Origin: Massalongia carnosa
Lineage: Eukaryota
Direction of reading: 5' to 3'
Length of the DNA stretch: 64,000 nt
Assembly (NCBI GenBank): GCA_965645245.1
Contig: OZ287067.1
Coordinates: forward strand, 1,612,001 to 1,676,000
The notes below the pieces were generated by a model. That model saw only the letters and a list, made by a program, of their open reading frames with translations. It did not search any database and had not been told where the DNA came from. Every line of letters begins with the position of its first letter. Within the stretch, counting starts at the first letter, position 1. The position numbers were made by a program, and so were the translations under genes. Positions 51,196 to 63,174 of the stretch are shown here, piece after piece.

Positions 51196-51358
51196 CATCT
51201 CAGAACATGTTTAAGAAAAGGTATCTCTGCACTTACGAAGAGGTATGTCATTCACAACTTCAAAAGCCACTTTTGCCATATTTTTTTCGTGTTTCAAACA
51301 CTCTGGCGGATCTTCTATATTTTCTGATCCTGACTGAACTATTATCATCTGCTTCAAT

Positions 51359-54300
51359 ATGGTAGAGTTGAGATTTGACGGACAGACTGTTGTCGTCACT
51401 GGTGCCGGAGGAGGGCAAGTTCACCTACTCCACTAATGGCCAGTCGATCTTTGTGTGTTAACAATTGCAGGCTCGGGAAAGCATACGCCCTGTTCTTCGC
51501 CTCGAGAGGCGCCAATGTTGTTGTCAACGACTTAGGGGGCTCTTTCAAGGGCGAGGGGCAATCATCTAAAGTAGACCTTGCAAACGGGCTCATTGAAGCA
51601 CAGACGATGAGTGGATGGATGAGCTGATCATATATCTAGACGGCCGATGTCGTTGTAAACGAGATCAAGGCAGCCGGGGGCAAGGCCGTGGCGAATTACG
51701 ACAGTGTGGAGCATGGCGAAAGGATCATCGACACCGCGATCAGGGCATACGGACGGATAGATATTCTACTCAACAACGCTGGGATTCTTCGAGATGTCAG
51801 CTTCAAGAATATGACGGATGATGACTGGGATTTGACCATCAAAGTGCACGTTAAAGGCGCTTACAAGGTAAAGCATTAGACTGGCTGTAACATTGGCCTA
51901 AGGGGCCGCTGACAAGGAGCCTGTACCAGTGCGCGAGGGCTGCATGGCCTCATTTCCGGAAACAGAAATATGGTCGTGTCATCAATACTGCGTCTGCCGC
52001 TGGTCTATTTGGTAGCTTTGGTCAAAGCAATTACTCAGGTGAGCAAAATTCAGGGATGAGGCCTAAAGGGACCTTTCCATTGACGTCGCCAGCTGCCAAA
52101 ATGTCACAGGTTGGGTTTACCGAAACGTTGGCAAAGGAGGGATACAAGTACAATATAATATGCAACGTCATTGCACCAATAGGTACAGTAGCTCAATTTC
52201 GTATTGTTCGTCTAGCAGACCAAATGTACTGCGTTCTGAGCTTTTCAAGAAATCGTATGAAGCATACAGAATGCAACCCTCCGGGCTTAGACTTTGCTGC
52301 TAATTTCATCACAGCCGCCAGCAGAATGACGCAGACGGTGATGCCTCCTGACATGCTTGAAACTCTTAAGCCCGACTGGGTGGTACCCCTCGTCGCCGTA
52401 CTTGTCCATCCTTCTAACCAGCACGAGACCGGGTCGATCTTTGAAGTTGGTGGTGGTCACATTGCAAAGTTAAGATGGGAGCGGTCCAAAGGAGCCCTGC
52501 TCAAGACGGGCCTAAGTCTAACCCCTGAAGCGGTGCTTAACCGGTGGGGAAGCATGGGCGACTTTTCTTCGCCAACTTATCCAACTGGGACTGCAGATTA
52601 CATGAGCCTTCTCGAAGAAGCACAAAAGCTTGGTGACAATATACAATGTGGTCGGCTAGATTTCAGGGGTAAAGTCGCAATAGTTACGGGTGCTGGAGCA
52701 GGGTGAGTTTCAATCCTTCAAAGCCTATGTTGAGCTTCTACTGAACTTCATAGGCTTGGCCGTTCATACGCGCTGCTGTTTGCAAAATATGGAGCATCAG
52801 TTTTGGTGAATGATTTAGCAAATCCTGATAATGTAGTTCAAGAGATTCAGAAGAGTGGCGGGAAAGCTGTTGGCAACAAGTCCTCTGCCGAAGATGGAGA
52901 TGCAGTTGTCAAGGCCGCCATCGATGCATATGGTCGTGTTGACATAGTCGTTAACAATGCCGGAATCCTTAGGGATAAAGCGTTTCAGAACATGGACGAC
53001 GAGATGTGGGATCAAGTAATTGCTGTTCACCTTCGAGGTACCTATAAAGTGACCAAAGCTGCGTGGCCGTACTTCTTAAAGCAGAAATACGGACGTATCG
53101 TCAACACGACCAGTACAAGTGGGATCTATGGTAATTTCGGTCAAGCAAATTACGCTGCAGCGGTAAGACACTTGAAAATTTTCCTCCAACCAAGTGTACT
53201 GATTTAGTTTCAGAAACTTGGTATATTAGGGTTTTCGCGGGCCTTGGCCCGCGAGGGTGCAAAATACAATATTTATGTGAATACTATTGCTCCTAACGCA
53301 GGTACGAATATGACGAGAAGTATCATACCAGAGGAGATGGTCCAAGCTTTCAAGCCTGAGCAGGTAGCGCCAATGGTGGTGGCGTTGTGTTCGGATAAGA
53401 TCCCCAATCCCTCAACCGGCGGACTCTTTGAAGTAGGCAGCGGCTGGCATGCACGGACTAGGTGGCAAAGAAGCGGCGGTCATGGCTTTCCTACTGATGT
53501 TAAGTTGACACCCGAAGCCGTCCTCAAGGAATGGAAAAAAATTGTTAATTTTGAGGATGGGCGTACGGATCACCCAGACGACGTCCAGGACGGACTGAAA
53601 AGCATCATGAAGAATATGAAGAACAAAAGCAAGGGAAGTCCCAAGCAGGTACCTGACAAAGTAGATAAAAAAATCCTGGACAACATAGAGAATGCCAAGA
53701 AGCTACAATCCGAAGGCTCAGAGTTCTCCTATGATGATAAGGATATCATTCTTTACAATCTTGGAATAGGGGCAAAGCGGACCGAGCTGCATTATGTTTA
53801 TGAGAACTCCGATCAGTTTCAAGCCCTTCCAACATTTGGAGTCGTGCCAATGTTTGTATCTTTCGCGTCGTTCAGCTTTGACGACATCCTTCCTAAATTC
53901 TCCCCTATGATGCTTCTTCATGGGGAGCAATACCTTGAGATTCGCAAGTATCCAATCCCTACCAGCGGAAAGCTTATCAGCTACCCCAAGCTTGTGGAGG
54001 TGATGGATAAAGGAAATGCTGCTATTGTGGTGACAGGAACGACAACGAAGATGGCTTCTACAGGCGAAGATATATTTTACAACGAGATGTCTGCTTTCAT
54101 TCGTGGAAGTGGCGGGTTTGGTGGTCCTTCGAAGGGACAAAGCCGCGGCGCAGCGACCGCCGTGCACCAACCTCCGAAGCGCCGGCCGGATGCCACGGTT
54201 GAGGAAAAGACTTCCGAGGATCAGGCCGCGCTTTATAGACTGAATGGCGACAGAAATCCACTGCACATTGACCCCGAATTCTCCAAAGTGGGTGGGTTTA

Positions 54301-54551
54301 AAACACCCATTCTGCATGGCTTATGCTTCTTTGGAATCAGCGGCAAGCATGTGTACCAAACATACGGAGCTTTCAGAAACATTAAGGTAAGGTTTGCAGG
54401 AACAGTGATACCAGGGCAGACGCTGAAGACCGAGATGTGGAGGGAAGGATCCAAGGTGATATTTCAGACTCTGGTTGCAGAAACGGGAAGGCTATGTATC
54501 GCAGGAGCTGGAGCGGAACTGGTAGCAGATGGCAAGGAGGCAAGACTGTAA
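51359..54551 (+). CDS. FOX2: Peroxisomal multifunctional beta-oxidation enzyme (2x SDR + hydratase 2), multi-exon, PTS1-like ARL
   Basis: Two VTGAG.G / [11 protein letters not shown] domains, [14 protein letters not shown] hydratase motif, ends ..EARL*. Confidence 0.96.
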
Positions 54552-55346
54552 TTGACCTTTCCTTGACAGAAGCTAGCCATGGCTTTTCACTCTGTATGGA
54601 ATATACCGATGTATGTTATATCTTGACATAGCAGTAACGCTGTTTTGAGCACAGATTTTTTTGCCTCGTTGCTACTACATGTCCTTTAACACGATTTGAG
54701 TGTCTGCCTATTGCCTGCTCGGGGAAAAAAGGGTTGGCCTTCCGAAAGTCCGTTAGTTGACTCCAAGAGGCACTCTGTACCTGCTAGTTACCACTCGTGT
54801 TCAAGAGTAAGTACTTTATGATACCTACCTTAAGGGCGGTTGGGGGTTTTCGGACATGGTCTTAGAATGATCTCAAGATCCCGGACATGTCTTCGCTAAA
54901 CTAGGTACTTGTACACCGGAAGGTTCCCGGTTTGTATTTTTTTTTGAGCGCTTTCCTGATTGAGATGATTCAACATTGTCCTGCACGTGTAAGATAGCTT
55001 AAAATTCTCCTTCTGTTTGGTGAGAAATATCTGCAGATCATATAGAGTCTGATATCATTTGGAAAATACGATAGTCTTGAAAAGGATATATCTTAGTGAA
55101 CATTCATATTGGTATGAACAGTGCTTTGCATTAAAGAGCATCTGACAATGATTTGAAGGTCGTCTCAGTTTTGAAAAGATCTCAAGACCTTCAAGATCGT
55201 GTTCCGGATAAAACGATCAGAAAACAATCCTATAAAAGAGATATCAGTCCATGCAACCTCGTTACAGCTGAGTTGTATTCGAGTTCACATGCTGTATTCG
55301 CCCAAATGATGATTAGGGAAACAAGTTATTGATTTAGTGACAGCTT

Positions 55347-58300
55347 CTAATTTACAGCTCTATGAATGCTATCATCCTCATGCCATGTTTCCTGTTCTCG
55401 TTGCTGTCTCGCACGATCTAGTCTTGAATGGCTCCATCGAGTCATTTCCGTACCTCCTCTCACAACATGTATGAAACCGATGAAACAAGGCAGACAAGAG
55501 ACGTGCCTTGAGGACCTGAAGAATAAGACTGTTAGCTTGAATTGCAATATGCGCAGAGAACACAACGTACCAAGCGACCATGGAGAAGAAAGGGCAGCCT
55601 GACGCAACAAATAAATTAGTCTCAGTTCTTTCATACAAGTTTGAATGGGATAGATTAAGCACCGAATTTATGATGGAGAGTGTCGGCAAAACTCAGCTGT
55701 TTTGACCTGACAAACCCTTCTCGCCTGAGGATATTCCAGAGGAGATTTCTAAGACGGCCTTCTCGGAAACGGCCTTCTCGGAGACGTCCTTCTCGGAAAT
55801 GGCCTTCTCCAAGAAAGCCTGCTTTGGCATGACTCTAGGTTCTTTATCGTCTGTCAGCTGTAGTTGCATCATCAATGTCAGCAGAATGGGAAGAACTCTC
55901 ACAAAACTCCAGCAGCATTGAGTATGCTCAAACATTGCTTGACATGTTGTTCTTCCACCTGCAATTTTAGCTTTGATAGCATTCGATACTTTGCTTAGTA
56001 ATTTATCGTAAGTGACGTGAGGACTAATCCTCATATATTGCTGATCTTGACCAAACTGAGCATGAAAGAGTAGCCTCAACGCTCGATCAAGTATTTCAAC
56101 GTCATTTAAATCCTCGACAGTGTAGATTCTTGTCGGAGACAAACTCAACAAGTATCGCAAGTTCATTTCATCTTGATTGTATTGCTCCTGCTCGATTGAA
56201 GTTAGTTTGCTGTAATTTTGTCTCAACTTCTTGGTCGTTATCGTCTCCAAAACAATATCTTTCAAGGCAGTTATCTCATCTCCGTCTTCATCACTTTGAA
56301 AAGCATCATCACTATCATCCGATGTCACCTCGGATTCTTCGTCATAGTTCTCCTCTTCGTTGTCACTGTCCTTAAATGATGAGTCTTCCTCAAACCGATC
56401 TGAAATTTCTTCATCCACATCTTCGTCCATGGATGCTTTGCTCTTCAACTTATGGCGCTTACCTTGACCATACTCTTGATAAACATCATCTTGCAGCATT
56501 GTATTCGCGAATCTGTCAGGTCTCTGACGTTTTCGGGGTGCAGGATTCGTGACTGTATTTTCGAGATCAATGTCCATTGAATCTTGCACCGTGATAGCTA
56601 ATCTACCGCCGGTCTCCTCGTCAAACTCGACATTCATCGGGTTATTTGAACCCTCTGTGGGAAGAAAATTCGTTTCCTTCAGAATCTCGTGTCCTCTCTG
56701 ACTCTCGTGTGCCTCTTTGACGTATTTATTCGACTCATTCAATAAGTCGACAAGCAGGTTCTGCACCTCTGACGAAAAGGATCGACTTTGCAATCTCCGA
56801 TGAGGGTACAAACGCTTCTGTCAAGCAGCTGTGCTTGACCGTGCTTGGAAATGAACTTCATGCCGAGTATTATCTTGCAGATAGCAATAGGTGGACCGGT
56901 CTGTGATGCGCTGCCTGTAAAAGCGTTTTGAATGTCGAAAAATCGTTTGAGATCATGAACGGAAACGGGCTTTTTAAGACATGTTAGAGTCAACTTCAAA
57001 TTGATATGAGATTGAATAAATACCTCAGCTGAGAGAAGTGCGGTCTCGCTATCAGTTTGAGCTTGTTATAGCTCTTCTCGCACCTTTCTATTGAGCTTCA
57101 AGATACTATTATCCTTCAAAGCCTTGCGCATCTGACTGCAGACTTTGTCCAGTACATGATGTTGCTAGCGTAGCAGACCTTCTTCGGTAAAAACATCGAA
57201 GTTTTCATGGTATAGAAGCATTTCCGAGTGTTGCTTTGAGTCAAAATATGACTGCGGAACGGCTTTTTTCCGCGCAATCGTGGAATCACTAGACAAAATT
57301 GCTGCAGTTTATCCTGCAAAGACCGCGAATAGGGTTCTTTCATTAAGCTAGAGTCCATGTTTTCTGAGTCATTTTGCATTGGCATAGTGTCCTCGAGCGC
57401 TTATGACGTTTGTGACATCTTCTCGAAAGCTTCATCAATAGATTGCGTGCTCACTAGATTGACCACAGATCTCACAGCTACGTCGTTGTCTTCCGTCACC
57501 TAAATGTCTTTCAGAATTGCCAAGAGTGGTCCGTCATGCTCATAGTCAAAGTCTTCATGCTCCTTAATGACATGCAGAGTATAAGAGAATATGAACTCGT
57601 CCACATCCTTTTTGGCAAGAAATTCCAGGACCTCCGACTAGGAATCTGCAGTAGAGGGGTGATTTAGGTCGTAGATCAACAACTCTCGTATCGGTATGTC
57701 TGTATTTCTTACACTAAGACTCATTGTCAAGAAGTCTACACGAAGCTGTTCAAAGTGGAGCTGTCGGCGCAGAGTATCTCGCCACATCTCACCAGTTGGA
57801 TATGCACGTGGATCTCGCTCTACTTGCACATTGCTCTCGGGAAGGCGTAAACCATTGAACACGATAAAATCCTGCACATGCTTGTCAAGCTTTAAACTGA
57901 ATTCGGTCTTCTGATGACGATCCAGATACAATATGAAAGATTTTCGTATCAATTCGGTTGGCTCGACAGAAGCAATAGTAATAGAAAGATCATCTTGCGA
58001 CTCCTCAGGCCGCATCCAAGAGGGTATCATGTCAGCAGAGATCAAAGTGGATGCGTATGGTGAGCTTTTTGCCTTGACGAATGTTTCCCTCCACTTTGTT
58101 GGCGAGAGGACACATTGTAAAGACTTTAAAATCGAGTTGGTCCGGCTATACCTTTCTAACTCGTCTTCTTTGAACTTTTGCAAGGGACCCAGTTTGGGAT
58201 ACTGTATGACAGTGTCATTGTATGCGGGAATCTTGATATTCGGTATATTCGAACTTAGAATTTGTTCAAATCGGGTTGAAGCCGCTCTGTGTCTTTCAAC

Positions 58301-58805
58301 ATCATAAGATCTAGTGGATGAGGCTTCATCAATGGCTTCTGCGAGCCGAAAAAGTATGGCGGCATATAGATAGTCTCTGCTATCATTGGTTTGACGCCTG
58401 TTGGCCCTATCATCCTGATCTGTAATGGGATATTTTGAAAGAAGCTGACCTAAGTCAGCTGGAAAAGCATCTGACAGGTCAGGAAGATCTCGAAGAAGCG
58501 CCAGAGGAGTTTTGACACTTCTCTGTTGACAGTTTTGATGGTATGGAATATACCATTCTAGTACAACATTACTGAACCGAAACTTTCTATATTCGGCGAC
58601 ATCGCTGTATCCTAAATAAGCGGCTGTCTTTGGTTCATTCTTGAAAAACTTGGCATGAGTGTCCAAGTTCTCATTCGTCATCTTCTTATCTATATCCTTC
58701 TTTACTGCTCTCCTCGTTTTTCTAGGCGTGATCGGGATCGTCTGAAAAAAGGTAAGTTAAAAGCTTTAGATGAAGATATCATAAGAAATAAACATTTTCT
58801 TCCAT
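55347..58805 (-). pseudogene. Large (>1000 aa) unknown gene broken by in-frame stops and frameshifts
   Basis: ORFs 57638-58681 and 57116-57385 are in one frame; 55693-56811 and 55378-55689 are in one frame; introns near 58744-58793 and ~55514-55570. Confidence 0.6.
55750..55815 (-). repeat. 15-bp tandem repeat (EKAIS/EKDVS/EKAVS/EKAVL)
   Basis: (G/T)CCTTCTC core repeated four times at 15-bp spacing. Confidence 0.85.
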
Positions 58806-58987
58806 GATGTGGATAAGTAGAGGCTGAAACCTGTGATAGTAATGTGAGATGAGGTTGTATCTCAAAATCAAGTCAGGGGATCATACCAGTTTAAGAACTG
58901 ATGATCGAGAAGAGATCGATAGTAGTACTCAGATGGAGAACGAATGAGCAACAGGATTGAAAGAACAAATCAATGACGGATGGGAAG

Positions 58988-59040
58988 GAAGGTAAAGATG
59001 AGAAGAAAGGTAAAGATGGGTAGAAAGGTAAAGATGAAAG
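58988..59040. repeat. 18-bp tandem repeat x3 (core AAGGTAAAGATG)
   Basis: Directly visible upstream of the large unknown gene. Confidence 0.85.
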
Positions 59041-59143
59041 AGGATAGATCAAGTGAAATGAAGATCAACGTTGATCTATGGGCCTAGCGAAAGTGTTGTC
59101 CTAAATTCAGACAATATCAGTTCAGTCGTCATGACGATTTTTT

Positions 59144-62100
59144 TTACAAAAAGTTGACTCTCCATGTACAATGTAACAAATCCATATCTGATTCTTTGTT
59201 ACTGTTTGAACTTATTGTCGACACGACATGTGAGGATACTAGCTCATTGAGCGTACGATTAACAGGAACAATGTAGATCTTATCTAGATCAACAAAGAAT
59301 AACGGGATCACTCTATCCGTGTCTGTCAGTTGAAAGATGCTCAAATTTAGGACCTCGTCTTTATAGGAAGCGGTCTTTAGCGGTCGAATCCAAAGGAAAA
59401 CTCGCTGAGTATTCTCAAATGGTAGACAGTGAGTATAAATTTGTCGAAGCTGAGCATATGTGCCAGAGCGGAGTCGAAGAAAGTCGCCAATATGCAATGA
59501 GAAACGTTTGCCGGTTGACCTGACAGTAAAGGAGCATTGTAAATACCAGTACAAAGGCTTGTTTCCCCATTGAACGCCATTAAGGCCATACCGGTCATAG
59601 CAGTCTGCATCAGTTGCCTAAATCGGAGCTCTGTGGAGTTGGTTATTCTGGTAGGAAGACCTTGATTTTGTACACAGGAAAGTTTGAGCTTTCCCCGCAC
59701 TGCAGGTTTTAGATATGAGTGAGATTCTAATAGACAATTATTTGTCGACTCCTGATCGTCTGTTTGTGAGCGATCCCCGTGGAATAATAGATTTTCAAGA
59801 AGAGCTGGGCAGTTCCGCTTCAAACGAATCATTTGCAGAGTGATCTCCGGATCAGTATGACGAAATGAGCCATTCAAAAGAGCGACGACAGTGAAGAGGA
59901 TAGCGGCTTTCACTAAAAGCTGTCGCTCTTGCTTTCGATGATTTGTTGACAATACGGCTTGCTTAAAAAAGCGATGTTTGTCTTCTCCAAAGAGAACATT
60001 AACGTTCCACAGAACACCATACTCCTGCATGACTCTTTCGAAATGCATACCGATATGAAAGTTTGGCAGCTTATCGGCCTCGCCATTCCGAGTAGTCACT
60101 GACGCAGAAAGTCTCATGTCGGGATCTGACACAAGATTATCAACGGACGTCTCTTCAAATGGAGTTTCCGTATCACCAATAAGGGAGTTTATGGATGTTT
60201 CAGAAATAGATGCTCGTCTAGAACTGGAAGATAACTCTTCAGTGACAGACTCACTTTTCTCGTTGTCTTTCTTCTTTCCTTGTCGTTTTGGATTTTGTGC
60301 TGCATTCATCAAACCTAGAAAACATTGTCGAGCATTGACGATTTGACTGTGAAATTCTTGACGATCTTTGAGGGATAATTCGAAAGACGAGATTAACGTG
60401 TTACTCCATGCGAGTCTCCCAAAGCAAAACACTATCAAATCTTCATCTGAAGCGCAATAGCGACGTTCTTTAGGAAACTGAACTTTCAATCCATTTCGAA
60501 AGGCTGTCGTACATGAAGGTTTCTTAACCAACAGCGAAGAAGTGGAGGTCTTACGACTGAGGCACGAGCGCATTCGCTCATACTCCACGAGGCCATATGA
60601 ATAGCCGGAGACTGTATTCGGCCCCAGCCAGGTGGAAACGGAAAACAGTGCAAGGCAGCTGTAAACTCTTCAGCAGCCCGTTTCGTGAGTATTTTCGTGT
60701 AAAGAAGAGGGTACAATCTTCGTACCAGTCCATAATACTCGCTATGAGCCGGATCCGGTGGATAACTCATGATAAGATCAAGCGCCGGGGTTAATGTCTG
60801 AAGCGCAGAAGATTCGGGTTTGAGGCCATTTCGTGTAAGATATGCCAGTCTCTTTGTCTTTCCTTTTATTGCTAGGCTTTTTTTCGGTATAGCCAACACC
60901 TCATGATGATAACGACCATGAAGTAGAATGTCCCGCTGCAAATCTCCTCGATTATGGAGGCTCGCATCACAAAAGCGACAACAATAGTTGGCACGTGGCC
61001 CAAGAAACCTTCCGGAGGCTTGCTGCTGCTTCGTATCACCAAGATATGCTAGAATCGAGGCCCAAGCCGCTTGTTTCTGTCCATTGATTTCAAGAATGCA
61101 ACCACGATCCATGTTTCCCAAACTGGTTTGAAGACAGTTCATCACATCGTTAAACTCGGATCCGTGCGGGCCAAGAGCAATGGTGTAAACATTAAAACTC
61201 TTTTGACGTTCCGAGGCGGGCAAGCCTGCTGGCATGGCATAGACACTAGTGATGGAACGGTTCGATATAACCCGAAATCGTCGATGAAAATGACAAGGGG
61301 ATATGACTGAACTCCTTTAATTAGCTGTGAGATTAGGTACTCTCGACCAAAGACTTCTAATTCTAATTCCGCTCGAATCGGGGATGAAAGATTGATTAAT
61401 CTAAGATCTCCTCGCGTGACGTTGAGTATCTGACGAATTAAGACAGGCGTTGTAGACCGTACCTGATCATTCCTACAAATTGCAACATCGAAACGGCGAG
61501 CTAGAACATGCTCGGATAAGACATCTTGATCCGCGTCTTCTATCAAAAGCAACTGATCTAAGGGCCAGTCAAACGTGACTGGAACTGGATATTCGTTGAC
61601 GTTCTTTCTACTTATCAAAGGACGAATCCTGACAAGAGTTTGACCTAGGGTCAAAGATCGCGATCTTTGATCACGTCCAAAAAATGACCTGTCCGCAGTG
61701 ACTATCATGAATAATCCCACATTTATCATTGCCACAGCGATACTGCACAATGTCAGAGGGAAAAATAGGAGATGAATCGGGAAATCTCGCAAAATCAGTG
61801 GAACATGTACGAATAGAAGAACCCCAACTGTTTGAATGCTAGTATTCCGAAGGACTATCAACGATCTCTGCCATACCGATATGAATGTTTCGTTGAGTAG
61901 TGGCTGAAAGTAATATACTGATAACAGTTCGAGCATCGAAGTAATAGACGTTGGCTTGAGCCGGTCTTGGTGTTCCGGTGGGTTGTTTTTCTCGTCGTAC
62001 TGATACCGCTGCCTTCTGAATGGATGGAAGAGGAAGGCGCTTACGGCACCAGGAGTGCAAAGTCGATAGTCGCTTTGGCAAATTTCGCACTTCATGAGTG

Positions 62101-63000
62101 TCTAGCAATTGCAAAACTTCGAGCAGGCCATCATAGGTGCGTCGCTTGATGCCTTCTTTATCACACCAGAGACCGAGAGCCAGGCAGAAATCCGATATTT
62201 CTCCTCGTACTGGGCGGGAGGGCACCCGGATCTCATCATCAATCGTGCTTTCAGAAGTAGAAGGGGCAAACTCGTTGAAAGACTCAGCGGTGTCTGTGCT
62301 TTCTATATCAAAGTCCGCAAGCTGATTGGATGGCAATTTCATGATAGCATTTGAAGAAATTAAGCTGACAGCAAAGGCCGATGTATCAGCTATTGAAGCA
62401 GGCCGAGTATGAGCGTTTTGAAACTCTTCATCAGTTTCCCGCTCATAATCACTATTTTATCGAATCAGTTTCCCGCTCATAATCACTATTTTTTTTATCG
62501 AATGCCGTCTCTATATCGGCTGGCAAATTGTCTTAAACGTGTTGTTCAGGAACTTGGTTAGACGATGGTTGGATTTTATTGAGATTCTCTATGGTTCGCT
62601 TCTTATGCGCCATTGTCATTCGTTCTGAACTCTGGGTCTGCTTTTGCTTCTCATGAATATGTACAGAATTGTGTTGATATGAAGAACCGGCTTGCGTAGA
62701 CCCATGGCCAGGGGAGTCTATCGGTTGACTTTTGGAAGGCAGTGGGTTGGCCCGTGGGACACTGCTCTGAACAGTGGATGCTGGAACAATCAATGCCTTT
62801 TCCTCAAGAGGAGGACCCTGAAAACTGAAATCATCAAGGTCGGGTTTATTCAGACTGATATGAAGAAGGCTTACTGCTGGAACGGTTGAAGCAGTGTCAA
62901 TGGTTTATGCTTTCTTCTCTTTCTCAAAACATGACCTTCGTCGAGCATCATATTCTCCGTCGCATCATCCTGATATACCCAACGAGGTATCTTGTCTCAT
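59144..63000 (-). pseudogene. CMC/EnSpm(CACTA)-like DDE transposase, disrupted; 5' end approximate
   Basis: IFIDDFGLYR, LGPHGS, AYLGD..QQ, CRFC, PPDPAHSEYYG, PNFHIGMH...YG...NVLFGEDKHRFFK; C-terminal BAH-like IGDFLRL. Confidence 0.7.
62430..62503. repeat. ~34-bp tandem duplication inside the transposase region
   Basis: TCAGTTTCCCGCTCATAATCACTATTTT...ATCGAA occurs twice back to back. Confidence 0.85.
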
Positions 63001-63174
63001 AACTGAGTTTAATTCTGTGCGCAGGTGAGGTATTCTCATGAAGAATCACTTGTGCGTTGATATTTTAGTTCTTAGGGCTTTAGCACACTATTTCAGAACA
63101 TTAGCATTCGTCTTTACTGCTTCGCGCTTTCTTCCGATTGCACTATCATTAATGCTGATATCACAAATACAATC

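Noticed and set aside
54828..54840. TTAA next to GGG as a piggyBac end
   Set aside because: Wrong orientation (piggyBac is TTAA|CCC...GGG|TTAA) and no piggyBac transposase
58988..59040. Repeat array as CRISPR-like
   Set aside because: Only three short units with no unique spacers, in a eukaryotic context
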